DNA of 64,000 bases from Gemmatimonadota bacterium. GTDB lineage: Bacteria; Gemmatimonadota; Gemmatimonadetes; Gemmatimonadales; Gemmatimonadaceae. A program made the translations under genes and the position numbers. The notes beneath the pieces are model-generated. The model was given only the letters and a program-made list of their open reading frames with translations. It searched no databases and was not told the DNA's origin. The stretch lies in contig JAZJZK010000053.1 in assembly GCA_040389905.1 (NCBI GenBank), positions 1-64,000 on the forward strand, in the 5' to 3' direction. The number at the start of each line of letters is the position of its first letter. Position 1 is the stretch's first letter. Shown here piece after piece: positions 62,038 to 64,000 of the stretch.

Positions 62038-64000
62038 CTATCGGACGCGCAGGATCGCCACGCGGAATCCGCTGTTACCGCTCAGCTCCGATCCGCTGAC
62101 GCTCAGCAGTTGCATGCTCTCGATCCCCGTGCTTGTTCCGGACAGCAGGAAGAACGATGCTGACGTTCCGGGCACTCCCGTTACCGTGCGACTGAACGAA
62201 CTGCCATCGATTGGAATGGGTTGCGTCGGAAAGACCGGAACCCCGGTGGCCGTGAACAGCCCGCATGGCTTGCCGCTACATGTCAATCGCGTCTGCCCGA
62301 AGTTGAAGATGTCCGCAAAATTGAAGCTGGGAATCGTCACGCGACGATCCTCGGCAGTGTACGCGGGGAGTTGGAAGATGGCGGACGCGAGGTTCCAGTA
62401 CACAAGGAGTTGGGGAACTGACTGCCCCGTATGAAGACTCAAGTTCGCAAGTCCCGTCAGTCGCGGTTCATTGACGAGCGACTTGATGAACGCCCCTTCG
62501 TTGGATCCCGCAAACTGATCGGTTGCCCACCGAGCGAAAGCCCAGCCCGCACCATAGTTCGCTGGGGTGTCGACGCCGAGTCCTTCCGAGTTTGCGTCGC
62601 TCTCACTCTGGAGATACTCGAAGAAAAAGGGGAGATGGCTGGAGAGGAGATTGATCGGCTTGTCGCTCTTCGCGTCACACGGAGCATTCGCGCCAAGGTT
62701 GATCTCGCATGCGACGGTCTGGAGAAATCCCGCATGACCCAACCAGGCCGTGTCGTTGAAGCGGCGGCCCCAGATGTCGGCGGATTCCTGCGCCAACCCC
62801 TCCTCGAGCCAGATCTCCTCGAATGCGTCGCTGTCGTTGATGATGCGATCGGCAAAGGACACGATGTGCTTCATCTCGTGGGCCGCGGTGGCGCGCACCG
62901 CGTTCTTCCAATCCGCGACCCCGTACCCGCTCGCCGATGGCACCCACGAGTAGAACATCTCCGTCTCGTTGCTGAAGTCGGCCTCTGCACCGGATGCCGC
63001 AAACGGGAAGAAGTCGCAGCCGTTCACGAAGGCAACAACGGAGCCCCCGCCCGCCGAGCCACCGGCATAGTTGTTAAGGGCGGGCGTGAAGGTGACGGTG
63101 ACCTTGCCGATTCCCGAAAGCGACGCATCGAAGGCCAGCGGATTGCCGATGTTCGCGAGGATGTGCGGCCAGGTGAGCTGATCGAACTCGCTGGCGAAGG
63201 TCTCGTAGAAGGCACTGTCTGGTCGGAACGCGGCGCTCCAGGTGGTCGTGTTCGTGTCGGCAAGCACGATGACATGCTGTCCAACAGCGACCGTACGCGC
63301 TCCGATGGAATCCACGGACGTGCATGAGCTCGCGCGTCCGTTGCGAACGTACACGCGGTTCACCGCGCCAATCGACTGCGAGACCGCTCTGAACACCGGT
63401 ATCGATCGTCCCGGCGCGCCTCGTACTTTCGCCCACGCTGCTTTCGGACGTGTCCGCGCGGCAAAGAGTTGGCGATTCTCCTCCAGGATCGTGAGGTGCC
63501 GCTCGAGCCGTCCGCGTTGCTCCACCAATTTTCGCTGTGAATCGTCAATCGCGAATTCGCCGCCGATCCGTGATGGCGCAGGGGATGACGAAGGAACATC
63601 GGCGACACGATCTGGCGCCGGACCGCCGGCGAAAGCGGCCGTCAGCTGAAAATCAGAGCGCAAGGCTGCCGACGGAGTCGTGTTGACGACCGCAATGAGG
63701 TACTGGGCCCCTGATTCAAGTTTCAGCGTCTCACGGAAGGTCGGGGAACTGAGAAACGCGATCGACTGGCCGGCGCTGGCGAGCGTGATACTGGCTGACG
63801 CAGCGACAACGACGATTTGTGCTGTGGCCGACCGTCCCTCGCTCATCGCCGAAATGGTTGACGTGCCCGGGGCAACAGCGGTGACGAGACCATTCCCCGA
63901 TACGACGGCGACACTGGGTGTGGACGATGTCCAGCTCACGGAGCGATCCAGCAACTGGTTGCCGAAGGCATCCGTCAGGCTCGTCGTGAATTGCTGCGTC
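62038..64000 (-). CDS. Big_2 Ig-like domain protein with a zincin metallopeptidase domain (5' end beyond the window)
   Basis: 'WTSSTPSVAVVSGNGLVTAVAPG'; HExxH 'AHEMKH' plus 'WLEEGLA'; frame open to the window end. Confidence 0.85.
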   Translation of the reverse strand, partial: TQQFTTSLTDAFGNQLLDRSVSWTSSTPSVAVVSGNGLVTAVAPGTSTISAMSEGRSATAQIVVVAASASITLASAGQSIAFLSSPTFRETLKLESGAQYLIAVVNTTPSAALRSDFQLTAAFAGGPAPDRVADVPSSSPAPSRIGGEFAIDDSQRKLVEQRGRLERHLTILEENRQLFAARTRPKAAWAKVRGAPGRSIPVFRAVSQSIGAVNRVYVRNGRASSCTSVDSIGARTVAVGQHVIVLADTNTTTWSAAFRPDSAFYETFASEFDQLTWPHILANIGNPLAFDASLSGIGKVTVTFTPALNNYAGGSAGGGSVVAFVNGCDFFPFAASGAEADFSNETEMFYSWVPSASGYGVADWKNAVRATAAHEMKHIVSFADRIINDSDAFEEIWLEEGLAQESADIWGRRFNDTAWLGHAGFLQTVACEINLGANAPCDAKSDKPINLLSSHLPFFFEYLQSESDANSEGLGVDTPANYGAGWAFARWATDQFAGSNEGAFIKSLVNEPRLTGLANLSLHTGQSVPQLLVYWNLASAIFQLPAYTAEDRRVTIPSFNFADIFNFGQTRLTCSGKPCGLFTATGVPVFPTQPIPIDGSSFSRTVTGVPGTSASFFLLSGTSTGIESMQLLSVSGSELSGNSGFRVAILRVR

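Overview
A GC-rich bacterial chromosome segment. The Gly/Arg-rich protein tails, PEP-CTERM protein, CarboxypepD_reg/plug proteins and Big_2 proteins suggest Gemmatimonadota, but this is an inference. It is mostly housekeeping: tRNA-Lys, tRNA-Asn, a TolC + MdtABC-like two-permease RND pump, rpiB, two lytic transglycosylases, moaC, holB, uppS, purEK, uvrA, pckA, maeB, an ATP-dependent DNA ligase and signalling genes. I saw no CRISPR, integrase, transposase or phage genes. The most interesting part is a ~13 kb divergent metal-uptake locus (48.7-61.9 kb). It has a LytS/LytTR pair with three 21-bp-spaced boxes, a Cys-loop beta-barrel protein, a duplicated His-motif helical protein, and a CxxC + C-terminal RAPP leader ORF (CruR/DUF2946-like ribosome-arrest peptide) followed by alternative hairpins. 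Downstream come a porin, a ZnuA-like binding protein and a permease with no ATPase; the other strand carries a HEAT protein, a His-motif TonB receptor and a lipoprotein. Other notable items are a leaderless membrane protein/wHTH/UppS operon with a candidate operator, many apparently leaderless genes, an orphan binding protein coupled to an MCP, a triple-FHA/PP2C module, a divergent nucleotidyltransferase/phosphoesterase pair, and several families of long intergenic palindromes. All calls come from motif recognition by eye, with no database searches; several start codons are my own choice.
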